Shown here piece by piece: positions 16,088 to 35,269 of a DNA stretch of 64,000 nt (its first letter is position 1; every line of letters starts with the position of its first letter). The notes below the pieces were generated by a model, which saw nothing but the letters and a program-made list of their open reading frames with translations, was not told the DNA's origin and did not search any database. The stretch is from the human T2T-CHM13v2.0 reference genome, Homo sapiens: NCBI RefSeq assembly GCF_009914755.1, contig NC_060941.1, one strand, 5' to 3'. A program made the translations under genes and the position numbers.

Positions 16088-18781
16088 CAAATGCAATGGG
16101 AATTCAAGCAGAGGGGAGATTTTCTGCTGTTGAGGAGCTCCCAGAAAGCTTTTATGGAGGAGGTGGTGTTCACCTTGCCCCATAACAATTCATACATAAA
16201 GAATATTTAGTTAGTTTCATTTGGCCTGAAAGAATTCAGGTACCTGTGTGCCTCACGCTTCTGGGGCTGGAGATCAGTAATCACTTCACTGGATAAATTT
16301 CCTCCAGTTTGGTATGTAAAAATTGAGACACATACTTTCTATAAAAACTGTCAAAGTACAGCTGAATTTGAAAAAATATGCTGTGTAATAATGTGCTTGG
16401 AACAGAATAGGTGTTCATTTCAAGCAGCATGAACGCTGTGCTCACCTGTTATGTGTAAGTGGCAGCTGAAACATGTACCAGATTATAACTCTGCCACCAG
16501 CCAGGTGCAGCTGTAGCATCTTACATTGTCATCAGGATTCTTCCACATTTTAGGATCCACGTTTTGGGAGTGAGAGTTACTGTTTGCCAAAAATGACCTC
16601 CCAAGCCCAAATGAAGAGGACCTACTAGCGCAGCAGTCAGCGAGAAAGAATTGGGAGATGCCTGTCACTGGCAGAGAGAGCCTTCCTTATGTGGTCAGGA
16701 CCATGGAAAGCCCAAAGCCAAGGGACCTGGGAAGTCAGCCAAGGACGCTTGCCTGGGTGTCTCCTGGCTGGTTTCTCTGTGCTGTGGAGCCACCTATGTT
16801 TAGAACCTCTTGCCGCGCTCCCTCTGCTGAGCTTATATTTATGCTAGATCAAATGTTTAAACTGCTTTTCTCTTTGTGGATCACAAATTTTAGAACAGAA
16901 AATGCGGGTTCCGGAGGGTGTGAGAGACAGGGACAACCATATGTATTGCTTCAGTAGATGCTTCAGAGAAAGAAGACACTTAGTTCTCTAGTTGTTCACC
17001 CAACCCAATACGGTTTCTGCTCCTTAAGCTACATTCCTATAAAGATTAGCTTTCAGCTGCTACCACCAAGAAACAGTTCAAGTGCTGCTTATGTTGTATT
17101 TTAACTAAAGATCTCAAGAACAAAAAGAAATCCCTAGATGCTGACATTCCAAGCAAACTTAGGTCAGGGGTGGAGGCGGGGAATTGACAGATAAAGATTT
17201 CGGTGAGCAGGCAGTTCTCACCTTAGGTGAGTTCACAGTGTGCAGGGGTGCTTGGTGGGATGGTATCCATTTCTTTCATCTTTGAGAGATTTAAGGGGTG
17301 CTTACAATAAGGGGATACCCAATCTGCCTATCCTGACACATTCAACACGAGTTCTTAAATTCTCAGCTAATGGGTTGGATTCCCATTCATTTTATAGGCA
17401 GGATGGCTCTATTTGGATGACCCTTCTCAAAAAGTAAAAACAACAAAGGCAAATAAATCCTTCCGAGAGAGAGTATGAGGCTATGGCAGACAAGGTAAAA
17501 TGCCTGTCACAGGAGATAAATTATTTTGCTCATTAACAAGTCATTTGTCCTTTGATTTCTCAAAGCCCTAGAGAAACAGGAGCTCAGCTGACAATGACCT
17601 GAGGGGACCCCTACAGTGCTTCAAACAGTGGATGGAGGAGGAGATGCCTTCCTGGTTAAGAAATTATCCCTGAGCCCTTGTAGAGGACAGTCCAGCACAG
17701 GAAATTCTGGAACTACAAGATGAAAATGTGTGCCAGCATGCTTCTACTTTCAGGGTACAGTCTGAGGCCCTAGGGAGGAGGAGTTCCTCAAGTGCTTTGA
17801 CCTCTTGCCAGGACAAAGACGGAGAAGTATTTAGAAGCATCTGAATTTGTTAGCTCTTCAGTTTTCCTCCTCCACTCCCTACCCTGCACACAGAGCCTCA
17901 GAAGGACAGACCAGCTTCACCCCCTTACCAGCAATTACTGAAGAATCACACCCCACCCACCTCAGGATCACTGATCTCCTTCCTATATGGGAACCCTGAC
18001 CCTTGGAGAAAAACCGCTGACCTACAAACTCCCCACATTCACCTAGAGAGCACCAGAGCAGAGTTCTGAGTGAGATAAGCAGTCCTTTAGGGGGATCTGT
18101 TTTTCCAGCTCTCATTTTTCCCCCCTTATTTCCTTTATCTCTAGAATTCTAAGAGCTGTACTGTTCATTGTTTCTACCCATCATTATTAAGGGAGAGATA
18201 TGGAAACATTCCCATGGTAACAGTTTCATCTCAAAATATCTGAATGCTATTAGCTGCCTTTCCACTCCAGGGAAAAGATGAGATTTTTTTTTAAAAAAAG
18301 AAATCTTTATTCTCAGGATATAGTTGACAGGTCCTCTCCACACTGCAGGGAGGCCTGCCCAGATCAGTGGAGATGGGAAAGGGCTCATAAAGCCAAATTT
18401 GTTTCTTAGCTGACTTCACTTCCTGAACATTTCAAAAACTTATTATTACATGGTTCTGACACCGACCCAGAGAATTGCTGGTGGAAGTACTGATGAAAAC
18501 ACCAACATCTCTGGGGGAAGTCATCAACTGGGAGCATATGAGATGGGCCAGCACAGACTTGGCTCAAAGACCCACAGACCACACTGTGTTACTGGAGAGC
18601 AACAGGTTTGAACAAACTCAGAGGTATGCGCTGGTTGCCATCAGAAAGCTGGGGAGAGAAAATGGGATAGGAAGCGTTGTACCTCATGTTCATGACACGC
18701 TTTATGGCTGGCCAAGGGCTTTTCCTATTGAAATGGGATGATGGAGGAGATAGGACACATTTATCTTAAACATGCATCTTA

Positions 18782-19082
<301 letters not shown>

Positions 19083-19220
19083 ATATATTTTATATATATA
19101 ATATATATAATATTATGATATATATTATATAAAAATTATATATATAATATATAATATATGATATATCATATATGATATATGATATATCATATATCATATA
19201 TATCATATATCATATATATA
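19083..19220. repeat. AT-rich (TA)n/(ATATC)n microsatellite grown from the Alu tail
   Basis: tatatataatatatataat...atatgatatatcatatatgatatatgatatatcatatatcatata... Confidence 0.95.
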
Positions 19221-19853
19221 GCTGCATGACAAATTATTCCAAAACTTGGCAGCTTAAAATAAACATGTTATCTCACAGTCTCTGTGGGTCAGGAATTTGG
19301 GAGCAATTTAGCTGGGTGATTCTGGCTCCAGGTCACTAATTAGATTGTATTCAGACTGTCAACCAGGGCTGCAGTCACCTGAAGGCTTGACTGGGGCTGG
19401 GAGATCCCTTTCCAAGATAGCACATTAGCCATTGGCAGGAGGCCTCAGCTCCTCACCACATGGGCCTCTCTTCACAGCGCTGCTTGAATGACATGGCAGT
19501 TGGCTGACCCTGGAGCAAGTGACCCAAGACATAGAAAACAGGAGGAAGCTGCACTGTCTTGTTTGACCTAGTCTCAGAGGGCACACATCATTGCTTCTGC
19601 CATATTCTGTTCTATAGAAGCATGTCACTAAGTCCAGCACACATGTTTGGGGAGGGGAATCGAGCCACCTCTTGAAAGGAGAAGTATCAAGGACTCTGTG
19701 AACATGTTTTAGGACTATGATGTCATGGCAGTTATGAAAACTAATGTGTCAGTGCTGTATGTACTGATATGAAGCAATCTCCAAGATGTATCTTCAGTGA
19801 CAACAGCATGATGCAGAACGCTAGGTAAGTCTGGATACTATTTGCAGTTTTAA

Positions 19854-20185
<332 letters not shown>

Positions 20186-20425
20186 GGGAGGAGGGATAAA
20201 TATGCAGTTATGCATAGACTACCTCTCAGAGGACATACAATAAACTGGCCTCAAGGAGGAGGGCTGGGGACAGGTGGGAGAGAGATTTGTTTTCTGTACC
20301 TTTTGGATTTTATTTGAGCAAGTATTACTCTTTGATAATAAAATTTAATTTCAAAAATAGATTAAAATAACATAGAAATAAATAACATTGTTGAAAGAAC
20401 TTAGAATGACCAGTTTGAGATGGAA

Positions 20426-20715
<290 letters not shown>

Positions 20716-21732
20716 TTGGAATTCACTTTTTAAAGCTATTGGGGCCAGCAGTGAGCTATGATTGTGCCTGGGTGACAGAGCAAGACCCTGTCTTGAGGAA
20801 AAGAAAAGAATAAAACTATCAGGGTAGATGATTTTAGGGGATTGGTTTGCTTGCTTTCTTGCTTGTTTTCTTGGAAGCAAGTGTACTTTCTTGGCAGGCA
20901 TGTTTTGAGACAGGAGGCTATAAGCAAGATGTTGAAGGAAAACAGACCAAGCTCTCTGAAGGAGAGCACTTGGAAGAGAATCTCGTCCAGTTCTCATCCC
21001 GTGCATGCCCACCTACCTGGACTTGCACATATCTGCTATATTTTCCCTTCTGTGACTACAGAGAAACTGTCCACAGGCAGCTCCTTCACTTACGCATTAG
21101 AGTCTGGCCTCTGTCGTCTGCATCCTCCAGCAATTCCCCCTGCCTTTCTTGGATCTTTGATTTGTGTTCCTCTGGATTTATTAACAAACAAACAAACAAA
21201 CATTACTTCTCCCATCTGAAAAAAAAAATCTCTTCGTCCGCATTTCTCTGTTCCCTTTATAGCTTGCTTGAAAGAGTTTCCTCAGTGTCTCCTATTCTGT
21301 CTCTTTTCAGAACCTGAGATATAGCTCACACTCCATAAAATTCACCTTTTTAGCATGTACAATTCAGTGGTTTTTAGTACAGTCACAAACTTGTGCAACC
21401 GTCACCACTATCTCATTTCATCACTCCCGAAAGAAACTCTGTACCCATTAGCAGTCACTCCCCAATCCTCCTTTCTCCGAACCCCTGGTAATCACTAATC
21501 TACTTTCTGTCTCTACGGATTTGCCTCTTCTAAATATTTTATATCAATGGAATCATACAATATGTGGATCTTTGTGACTAGCTCCTTTCAGATTGCATAA
21601 CGTTTTCAAGGTTCATCTGTATGAACCTTGTATCAGCATGTATCAGCATTCCATTCCTTTTCATGGATGAGTAATGTTTCATTGTATGGAAATATCACAT
21701 TTTGTTTATCGTTCATCAATTTATGGATATTT

Positions 21733-22007
21733 GGGCCGCACGGTGACTCACGCCTGTAATCCCAGCACTTTGGGAGGCCAAGGCAGGCGGATCACTTGGG
21801 GCTGGAGTTCGAGACCAGCCTGGCCAACATGGCAAAACCCTGTCTCTACTAAAAATACAAAATTAGCCAGGTGTGGTGGTGCATGCTTGTGATTCTAGCT
21901 ACTGGGGAAGCTGAGGCATGAGAATCACTTGGACCCAGGAGGTGGAGGTTGCAGTGAGCCGAGATCACCTGGGCAACAGAACAAGACTCTGTCTCAAAAA
22001 AAAAAAA
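21733..22007 (+). mobile_element. Alu
   Basis: Dimer, poly(A), TSD aatt(t)atggatattt. Confidence 0.95.
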
Positions 22008-22105
22008 ATTATGGATATTTTGGGTTGTTTCCGCCTTTTCATTATTATCAATAATGCTGCTACAAACATTCATATACAAGTTTTTGTATGGGCATATGTT
22101 TTCAA

Positions 22106-22765
<660 letters not shown>

Positions 22766-22969
22766 TAAGATCATGTCATCTGCAATTAGAGATAGATTTA
22801 TTCCTTCCTTTCCAAAGTATATGTCTTTTATTTATTTTTCTTTTTTAATTGCCCGGCCTAGACCCCCCAGTACAATGTTAAGTACAAACGACAAGAGCAG
22901 ACATCCTTGTTCTGTTCTTGATCTTAGGGGGAAAACATTCAGCCTTTTCAGTAGTAAGTTGTCGGTTAG

Positions 22970-23512
<543 letters not shown>

Positions 23513-23820
23513 GCTGTGGGTCTTTCATAGATGTCTTTTATCAGATTAAACCAATTCTCTTCCTAGTTTGTTGAGTGTTTTATTTATAATGAAGCAACAT
23601 TGGATTTTATCAAGTGCTTTTTTTCATTTACTGAAATGATCATTTGTTTTTTGTCCTTTATTCCATTCATACAGTGTGTGTATTACATTGATTTTTGTAT
23701 GATGAACCAATCTTGCATTTCTGGGAAAATCCCATTTGGTCATGGTATATACTCCTTTTTATATATTGTTAGATTCAGTTTGCTTGTATTTTGTTGAGGA
23801 TGTTTGCATCTATAGCATAA

Positions 23821-24493
<673 letters not shown>

Positions 24494-24604
24494 CCAAGTA
24501 ACACTTTTCATGGTAATACTGGCCTCACAGAATGAGTTGGGAAGTGTTCTCCCCTTTTCTATTTTTTGGAAGAATTTTTGAAGAGATTGATGTTCCTATT
24601 CTGT

Positions 24605-25500
24605 CTTGAGCCACTCCTCCCAGCTTGTTACCTCCCCTACCATACCGAAACTGCTCTTGTAAAGGTCTCCAATGTCCTCCACATTGCCAAATTCAACAAT
24701 CAGTTCTCAGCCATCGTCTTACCACTCAGCAAGAGCATCTGATCTCAGCCATCGTCTTACCCTCAGCAACAGCATCTGATCTCAGCCATTATCTTACCCT
24801 CAGCAACAGCATCTGACACATTTCCTTTCTCCTCGGAACACTGTCTGCTTCTGGCCTCCACAATCTCCTGGTTTTCTTTCTGCCTCACTGGCCACTATTT
24901 TCCGGGCTTCTTTGCTGGATTGTCTTCCTCTATCAGATATCTTAATGGTGAAGAGACACAGGGCTGAGTCCTTGACACCTTTTTTCTGTCTTTTCTCAGA
25001 TTTTTTGTAATTTTATTTCTCTCCTAAATTTAAACACCAACTATATGCTGAAGCCTCCCAAATTTAGAGCCCAAATATGGTCTCTCTCTTTATCTTTAGA
25101 TTTATATATCCTCTGCCTATTAGACACCTTACCTTGGATGCTGAATGTATATCTCAAACTTAACATGTCCAAAATTAAACTTTTGATCTATTCCACCAAA
25201 ATCTGCTATGCCCACCATCTTCCCCATCATTATTAACCACAACTTTAGCTTTTCAGTTGATCAGTCCAAAAATATCCGAGTCATCCTTATTGGATACTTT
25301 CTTTCCCTCACTCCCTACAGTCATTCTATTAGCAAATCCTGTTGGGCCTACCTTCAAGATAATCAGAGAGTGGCCACCTCTCACCACCGTCATGATCCAA
25401 TTATCTCCCTAATCTTTCTCTAGCTGGGATTGATGGACTAGGCTTCTACTGGTCTCCCTCCTTCCCCCTTTGCCCACCTTCAGGCTGTTCCTGGGACAGC
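24605..25500 (+). mobile_element. L2 fragment
   Basis: aaactgctcttgtaaaggtctccaatg...acattgccaaattcaa...cagcatctgacaca...cttggatgctgaatgtatatctcaaacttaacatgtccaaaa, typical L2 ORF2/3' sequence. Confidence 0.75.
24705..24816. repeat. Tandem triplication of a 37-38 bp unit
   Basis: tctcagccatcgtcttacc(a)ctcagcaa[g/c]agcatctga starting at 24705, 24743 and 24780. Confidence 0.95.
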
Positions 25501-25619
25501 AACCACCTCAGAGTTTCTGTCATAAATAAATGTTGAATTTTGTCAGATGATTTTCTGCATCTATTGAGATTATCGTATAGTTTTCCTTCTTCAGTCTGTT
25601 AATATGGTAAATAACATAG

Positions 25620-25942
25620 TTTTTGGTTCTGTTTTGTTTTAGATGGGATCCCTGCCTCCCAGGCTGGAGTGCAGTGGTGCAATCATGGCTCACTGCAGCC
25701 TTGATCTCGGCTCACTGCAGCCTCGATCACCCAGGCTAAAGCAATCCTCCCACCTCAATCTCCCAAGTAACTGGTACTATGGGCGTGTGCCACAACGCCT
25801 AGCTGACATTTTAGAAACAAAATCTCATTATAAGGTCTCATAATGTTGCCCAGGCTGGTCTCAAATTCCTGAGCTCAAGCAGTCTCCCTGCCTCAGCCTC
25901 CCAAAGTGCTAGGATTACAGGCATGAACCACCACGCCCAGCC
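25620..25942 (-). mobile_element. Alu (AluJ-like) inside an L1 fragment (~25510-26110)
   Basis: Reverse diverged dimer with a short internal duplication (ggctcactgcagcct[t/c]gatc x2). Confidence 0.85.
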
Positions 25943-26196
25943 AACATTGATTTACAAATGTTAAACCAACTTGCTGTGCTGAGATTAACCCCATTTGGTC
26001 ACGATGTATTATCCTATTCATATATGTTAGAGGTGACTTGCCAACATTTTAAGAATGTCTGAACCTATGTTCATGAGGGATATTGGTCTGAAGTTTTCTT
26101 TTCTTAAAATGTCTCAAGTGTTTGTTGAGTGTATAAATGAGAGCCTGTTGGTCCAAGGGGGGTGGGTGGGAGAGTGTATTAAGAAGGAAAAAAATA

Positions 26197-26700
<504 letters not shown>

Positions 26701-27299
26701 GCCATGTTCGAGGTTAGTACCCAGTGAGTGAAGACCTTTAGGGACAGGCAGAAGGGCTCCTTTCAGCTTTGATTATGCTTGTGACCATTTCCCAAGGGAA
26801 GGAGCAGAGCTTCTGCCATGAACATGATACAAGTAATTCCATGTTTCTTACTTACAGCATCTTAAGAAAACTCCAGCATGGCAGAATGAGCACTCCACCT
26901 GCAGATGCCCAGGAGAGCCTGAGACTTATTTTTAGCCAGAATAGGAAAATGCCAAATATCTTCTAGGAGAGTTGGCAGCTGGAGGGCTGCTGATACAGCT
27001 GTGTTTATATAAGCTGGTGCAGAGGGGAGAATGGTGGTTGCAAAGGAGGCAGGAGGTGCTTAATCCACCTATACACTTGCTGAGGTTTTCTTGGGAAGTT
27101 CTGGTCAGGAGTTACTGCTCAGGAGAGAGCGTCATGCAGACAGTCTGGAGATTGCCAGGAGCATAGGTGCAACTGGCTTCCTTGAGTCAGAGCATTTGTC
27201 AAAGCCGCCCTTAAATGACCTGTCCACTGGTCGTTGGCCTCTTCCCACCCTATTATCCAGGGGTAAATAAAAGAACAGAAGCTCTTTCAAATGGTGCCA

Positions 27300-27594
<295 letters not shown>

Positions 27595-27789
27595 TCAAGT
27601 TTTAAAGCATAGAGGTTCACCCGATTCTGACCATACTTCTCAGATGTGCTTGGTGAAAGCAATCTATAACACCCCATCCTACAGAAGCTGTCAAATAGTT
27701 TTCTCACAGAGGCAGCAAAATAAGGCTTTTAAAGGTGTTACCTATGGGCTCTCAAAGAGAATTAAAGTAAAACGTACCTTAGTAAGGAT

Positions 27790-28730
<941 letters not shown>

Positions 28731-29173
28731 AGACCCGCAAATTGACTGACAATTAATTTTAAGGAACAAATGTGGCTGCAATGGCTTTCTGAGTAATACG
28801 TGCAGAAAAACACGTCCTGTAAAGTGTATTGTTTGTTTGTTTTTTGTTTTCTAGGCATGAAAACAGCCCTGGAAGTCTGCCCTGGCGCCTGCACTGAGAC
28901 TAATCCAGGTCACTTTAGGGAAACTGCCCAGCTCTGGCACCGCACTGTGTGTCTGTCAGCTCTGTGGGGTGCTATGGCCTCATTTTCCCACTAGAGGACA
29001 CTGTGGCTCCAGGACTTCATGTGGCGCCCAGCCAGTCTTGCTACTCCAGCACCTCTAAGGAGGCAAAGCCTTTAGTGTGCATTTATTAGGTACCAACTGG
29101 GTGCTTTCTGTATCAAGCAGAGAAATAAAAGAGGTCAAACACAAGGTCCTGTGGCATTGTTTCCTGATGTAGT

Positions 29174-29483
<310 letters not shown>

Positions 29484-29509
29484 CGTGTTTCCTGATGTAG
29501 TTTCTTTGC

Positions 29510-29809
29510 ATTATTTTATTTTATGTATTTGTTTATTTTTTGAGACAAGGTCTTACTGTGTTACCCAGGCTGGAGTGCCGTGGTGCAAACACAGCTCACT
29601 ACAGCCTTGAACTCCTGGGCTCAGACAATCCCCCCATCTCCACCTTCTGAGTAGCTGGGACTACAGGTGCCTGCCACTGTGCCCAGCTAATTTTTAAATT
29701 TTTTATTTGTCAGGATGGAGTATCACTATGTTGCCCAGGCTGGTCTCAAACTCCTGGGCTCAAATGATCCTCCCACCTCAGCCTCCCAAAGTGCTGGGAT
29801 TACAGGCAT
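29510..29809 (-). mobile_element. Alu (AluJ-like)
   Basis: Reverse dimer, truncated near its 5' end. Confidence 0.9.
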
Positions 29810-29878
29810 GTATTTCCCTTTAGAAAACAACAGAGGTGCTTCTCCATCTGCTGGAAACCATTTTAGCCCCTGCTGTAG

Positions 29879-30262
<384 letters not shown>

Positions 30263-30975
30263 TGAATATATCCAAGAAAGATGCCAAAGTGTATTCATCT
30301 CTGAAATAATTTATTCATTTATTCAACTCCATGTATTGAGTATCCTGGGCGGGGAAGGAATGGGGAACGGATGCTTACTGAGAGCTACTCTGTGCCAAGT
30401 ACTGTCCCATCCTTTTTACCTACATCCTCACAAGATGGGTAATATTAGCCTCATTTAAATCCAAGGAAACTGAGGCTCATTGAGGTTAACCAGCCTGCTG
30501 AAAGTTATCCTGCCAGATGCAAATGGAAGTCTAAATGGATAAATATGTATGTTTTCCACCAAATCCCTCAATGCCACACTGACAAGCATGGTACTAGGAT
30601 GTAGAGAAAGTAAGATGATTATAGAGACATCCTTTCCTTAAGGAGGTCATCATATAACACAGAAGTTGCAATAAATGGACAATTATAGAACTTCTAATAG
30701 GTGGGCACCCTTTCAATAAGTAGCTGACCACGCACAGCCTCCCTCTGCTGCTATGACACTGTCCTTATGCAGAGGTAGGCACTGACCACCAAGAATAGGG
30801 CCTCTGCTTGTAGTGATGCCTTTGTGTTGACTGTCCACTCACCCTCACCCCATCACCCCCATGACCAAGGTTTCTGGGGGCAACAGCATGATTCAGGCTA
30901 TAACCACCAATCCGCATGGAGAATGTAGCAAAGCCAAGACAGACATCTTCCCTACTGCTCAAAATCTCTAGTTTA

Positions 30976-31277
<302 letters not shown>

Positions 31278-31329
31278 TTAATGGAGGAAGACAAACACAG
31301 ACATATGCAATACCAGGACAAAGCAATGA

Positions 31330-31709
<380 letters not shown>

Positions 31710-33545
31710 GGGTTATTCATATTTTCAAGCCCACTTAGCCTGTCCCAGCCTTGTCCCTACTGCCTCATAGTTCGGCCCTGGCAGCACAACTGAATTCATA
31801 TTGTCAGAGCCCAAGCTGTGTTATTTACTAAAATCTGACCAGTTGCACTAAGGAGAAAATGACAGCTGGCAGCTGGGAGAATGGACTGGCTGGTGTAAGT
31901 TGGGAAAAAGAGACACAGGTGGCAGGTGTCTAAAGAAGCAGAGCTGTGGGTGTTTGGAGAGGCCCAATCCCAAATGCCACTTCAGCTTCAGGCAACCACA
32001 GCTTCAAGGTTCCGGGAAGGAAGGACAAGCGTGGGTGTGCTCCAGCCACCACCCTCCTCCAAGTGAGTCCTGGGATAATGAATGAGCGGTCAGCCAGAGT
32101 CTTTGCTCTCTGATGAAAGGACCTCCGCTGCAGACTGTCCCTCTGCAAATACGATTGTGCCCCAGGAACCATCTGGCAAATGTGCCAGTTCCTTCAGCAT
32201 TTCTGTTATTTCCGTGACTTTTGGCCCCTTTTTTTCCTGGGATATAAATTGTTGCAGCAAGCCAAGCCAAGCCAGCAGAATGTTTACTGCCGCTTTGCAG
32301 GCCTTCTCTGAGCCTGGTTAACCCCATGGCTCACAGCCTATGAGGCTGCTCACAGCTAATGATGTCTTGGATGCATGCGTCTCCCCTCTGCCGTTCTTGT
32401 GTATTTTGGAGTATGCAGAGCCAGGCATGTGAGCTGCAGCCCAGAGCTACAGTGACCACATTGAGAAGCTGGGTTTGGGGGAAGTGCATTTCTGTTGCAG
32501 GATGTCCTTCACGGAGAAGGGACAGGTTGATTTCATCTCTCTGCAGATGACGTGGACAGCTCCCCAAGGAGCCACAACAGGCCACCCCAGCTGTAGGACA
32601 GATCACGTGCTTTGGCTGCACAGGGGAGGATGCCCAACAAACCGAGACGGCCCACGTCAGCCACTGGGCCCCATTTTGCACAGTGCCACGTTCCTCCTCT
32701 GACCTGGCCTGATGGTGGGCGAGGCTGAAGAGTTATGGGTCACCTTCAGACCCTTTGAGCCAGCCCCTCAGTTTCAGTCTGCTTCGCTGATTTTCATTCA
32801 GAGAACAGATACCGGCATGTGGAAGGGGAGACTTACTCAAGTCACTCATCTCCTTGGTGATGCACTTCATGGGCAGGGAAGCCATATGGAGCCGTCAACC
32901 ATAAGTCCCCTCATCCCAACCCAGGGAGTACCAGATTGTTCTAAAGGGGGGGCAGAGGAAGCAGTCAATGCAAAGACTCCCCGAATGTCACTGTCAGCCT
33001 AACAGTGGACAAGTGGGCAGTTCCAATGCAGATTCACACCTTCCTGCCTTAGTACATGCAGTTCCTTCTGTCTTGAACACATCAGGCCCCATCCACCTGG
33101 TGAACTCCTACTCAATCTTTTAAGATCCAGCTCCAGCATCACCTACTTGGACGCCTTAATGCCACCACATCCTTTGCACCCATCTCTACTTGTACCTGTC
33201 ACATTGCACCTGCAGTTGTTTTTAGCTAGCATGCCTTTTCCACCTGACTTCGAGTTCACTGAGGGCAGAGAACTATGTTTCACTAATCTCCAGGTCTAGA
33301 GACTTGGTCTGTAAACGTGTTTATCAGCAGTGTTTTGGAAGGGAAAATCAGGGATTATGGAATTTAGAGATGGATTCTCCTCCAGAAATCTCTTAGTCCC
33401 TCCCACTGGTTTCACAAAAGACAAAACTGAGATTAGGAAACTGCCTTCCCCAGGGCCACAAGGCTAAACAGTGACAGAGCTTGGACAAGAGCCTAGGTCT
33501 GCTGGCCCCTTGTCCTGCTCTCAGGTACTAAGAAATCAGATCCTG

Positions 33546-33869
33546 CCGGGCGCGGTGGCTCACGCCTGTAATCCCAGCACTTCGGGAGGCCAAGGCACGC
33601 AGATCACCTGAGGTTGGGAGTTCGAGACCAGCCTGACCAACATGGAGAAACCTCGTCTCTATTAAAAATACAAAATTAGCTGGGCATGGTGGCACATGCC
33701 TGTAATCCCAGCTACTCAGGAGGCTGAGGCAGGAGAATCACTTGAACCCGGGAGGAGGAGGATGCGGGAGGCAGAGGTTGCGGTGAGCTAAGATCGCGCC
33801 ATTACACTCCAGCACCTGGGCAACAAGAGCAAAACTCTGTCTCAAAAAAGAAAAAGAAAAAGAAAAAGA
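33546..33869 (+). mobile_element. Alu (AluSp-like)
   Basis: Dimer, (GAAAAA)n tail, TSD aagaaatcagatcct. Confidence 0.95.
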
Positions 33870-34595
33870 AATCAGATCCTGAACTGTATTTCCCCTGCCA
33901 GCTGGGAAGGAGAGCTGACGGTAATGAACAGGCTTCTGGGCCCGCACAGGATGGAGAAGGGTTAGAGGGACACCAATTGAATTTAGAGCTGGAAGGGATG
34001 TCATAGATCATCTAGTCTGACCCCTGCATTTACAGATGGAAAAAAAAAATGGAGGCCCATGGGGGTGAGGTGTCTGCCCAAGGTCACACAGCAAGCTGGT
34101 GAGAGAACTAAGCTGAGAACGCAGGCCTCCTAATTCCTAGGGAAGTGCCCTTGCCCGACTGAATGAACCTCCCACCCCAGAAAGATGGATGACCAAGCCC
34201 CTCCCAACCGGCTGCTATCCGAAAAGCAGATCCCTGGAGTCCTTGACTCTTCCAGGCTTTGTCTTCTCTCTGCTGGTGGTGCAACACTTAAGTAGGGTGC
34301 ATTCTGCATAAATAATAAAGAATGCTTCCTTTGCAGGGAGGAAGGCCGCATCTGGGCAGGCAGTGTGACAGATGGTATTTACAATGTGCACTGAGAAGTT
34401 CTCACACAGCCTCGCTTGGGCTGTGTGGCTGAGAGATGGAGGAAACGGATTTGAGTGCCCACTGTCTCACTCCCCTGCCTGATGCTCGCAGGCAGCGGCT
34501 GCTGCTGTTACCGCTGCTCCTGCATTTCTGTTCGGGACTGCTTCCCTCACGCCCGTTGCCTCTTGCCATACTGAATATGGAGCTCCAGGATGTCT

Positions 34596-34631
34596 TGCTG
34601 CTGCTGCTGCTGATGCTGATGCTGCTGCTGC
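34596..34631. repeat. Interrupted (CTG)n/(CAG)n trinucleotide repeat
   Basis: tgctgctgctgctgctgatgctgatgctgctgctgc. Confidence 0.9.
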
Positions 34632-34908
34632 GGCCTCACCATCAAAAAGCCTGCCTCGTGGACCCCACGTCATTCTTCGCTGCAGCCCCTCACTGGAGCA
34701 GGTGCTGGGCTGAATTGATGTTCTTCCCCAGAGGAGGCCAACGAAGTCCTAAGAGACTAGATGCTGGGCAGACTTCCCAGGGATTCTGGCCTCGGGGAGG
34801 CCTTCTCTAGGCCTGAAGAAGTATAAATAGGACAGGTTCATTCAATGAGCAAATACTTTTTGTGAACCTTCTATGTGCCAAGAATCATTCTAGGAGTCAA
34901 AGATGCTA

Positions 34909-35269
<361 letters not shown>

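Noticed and set aside
24705-24816. 37-bp direct repeats of CRISPR-like length
   Set aside because: Head-to-tail with no spacers, inside a human L2 remnant, and no cas genes.
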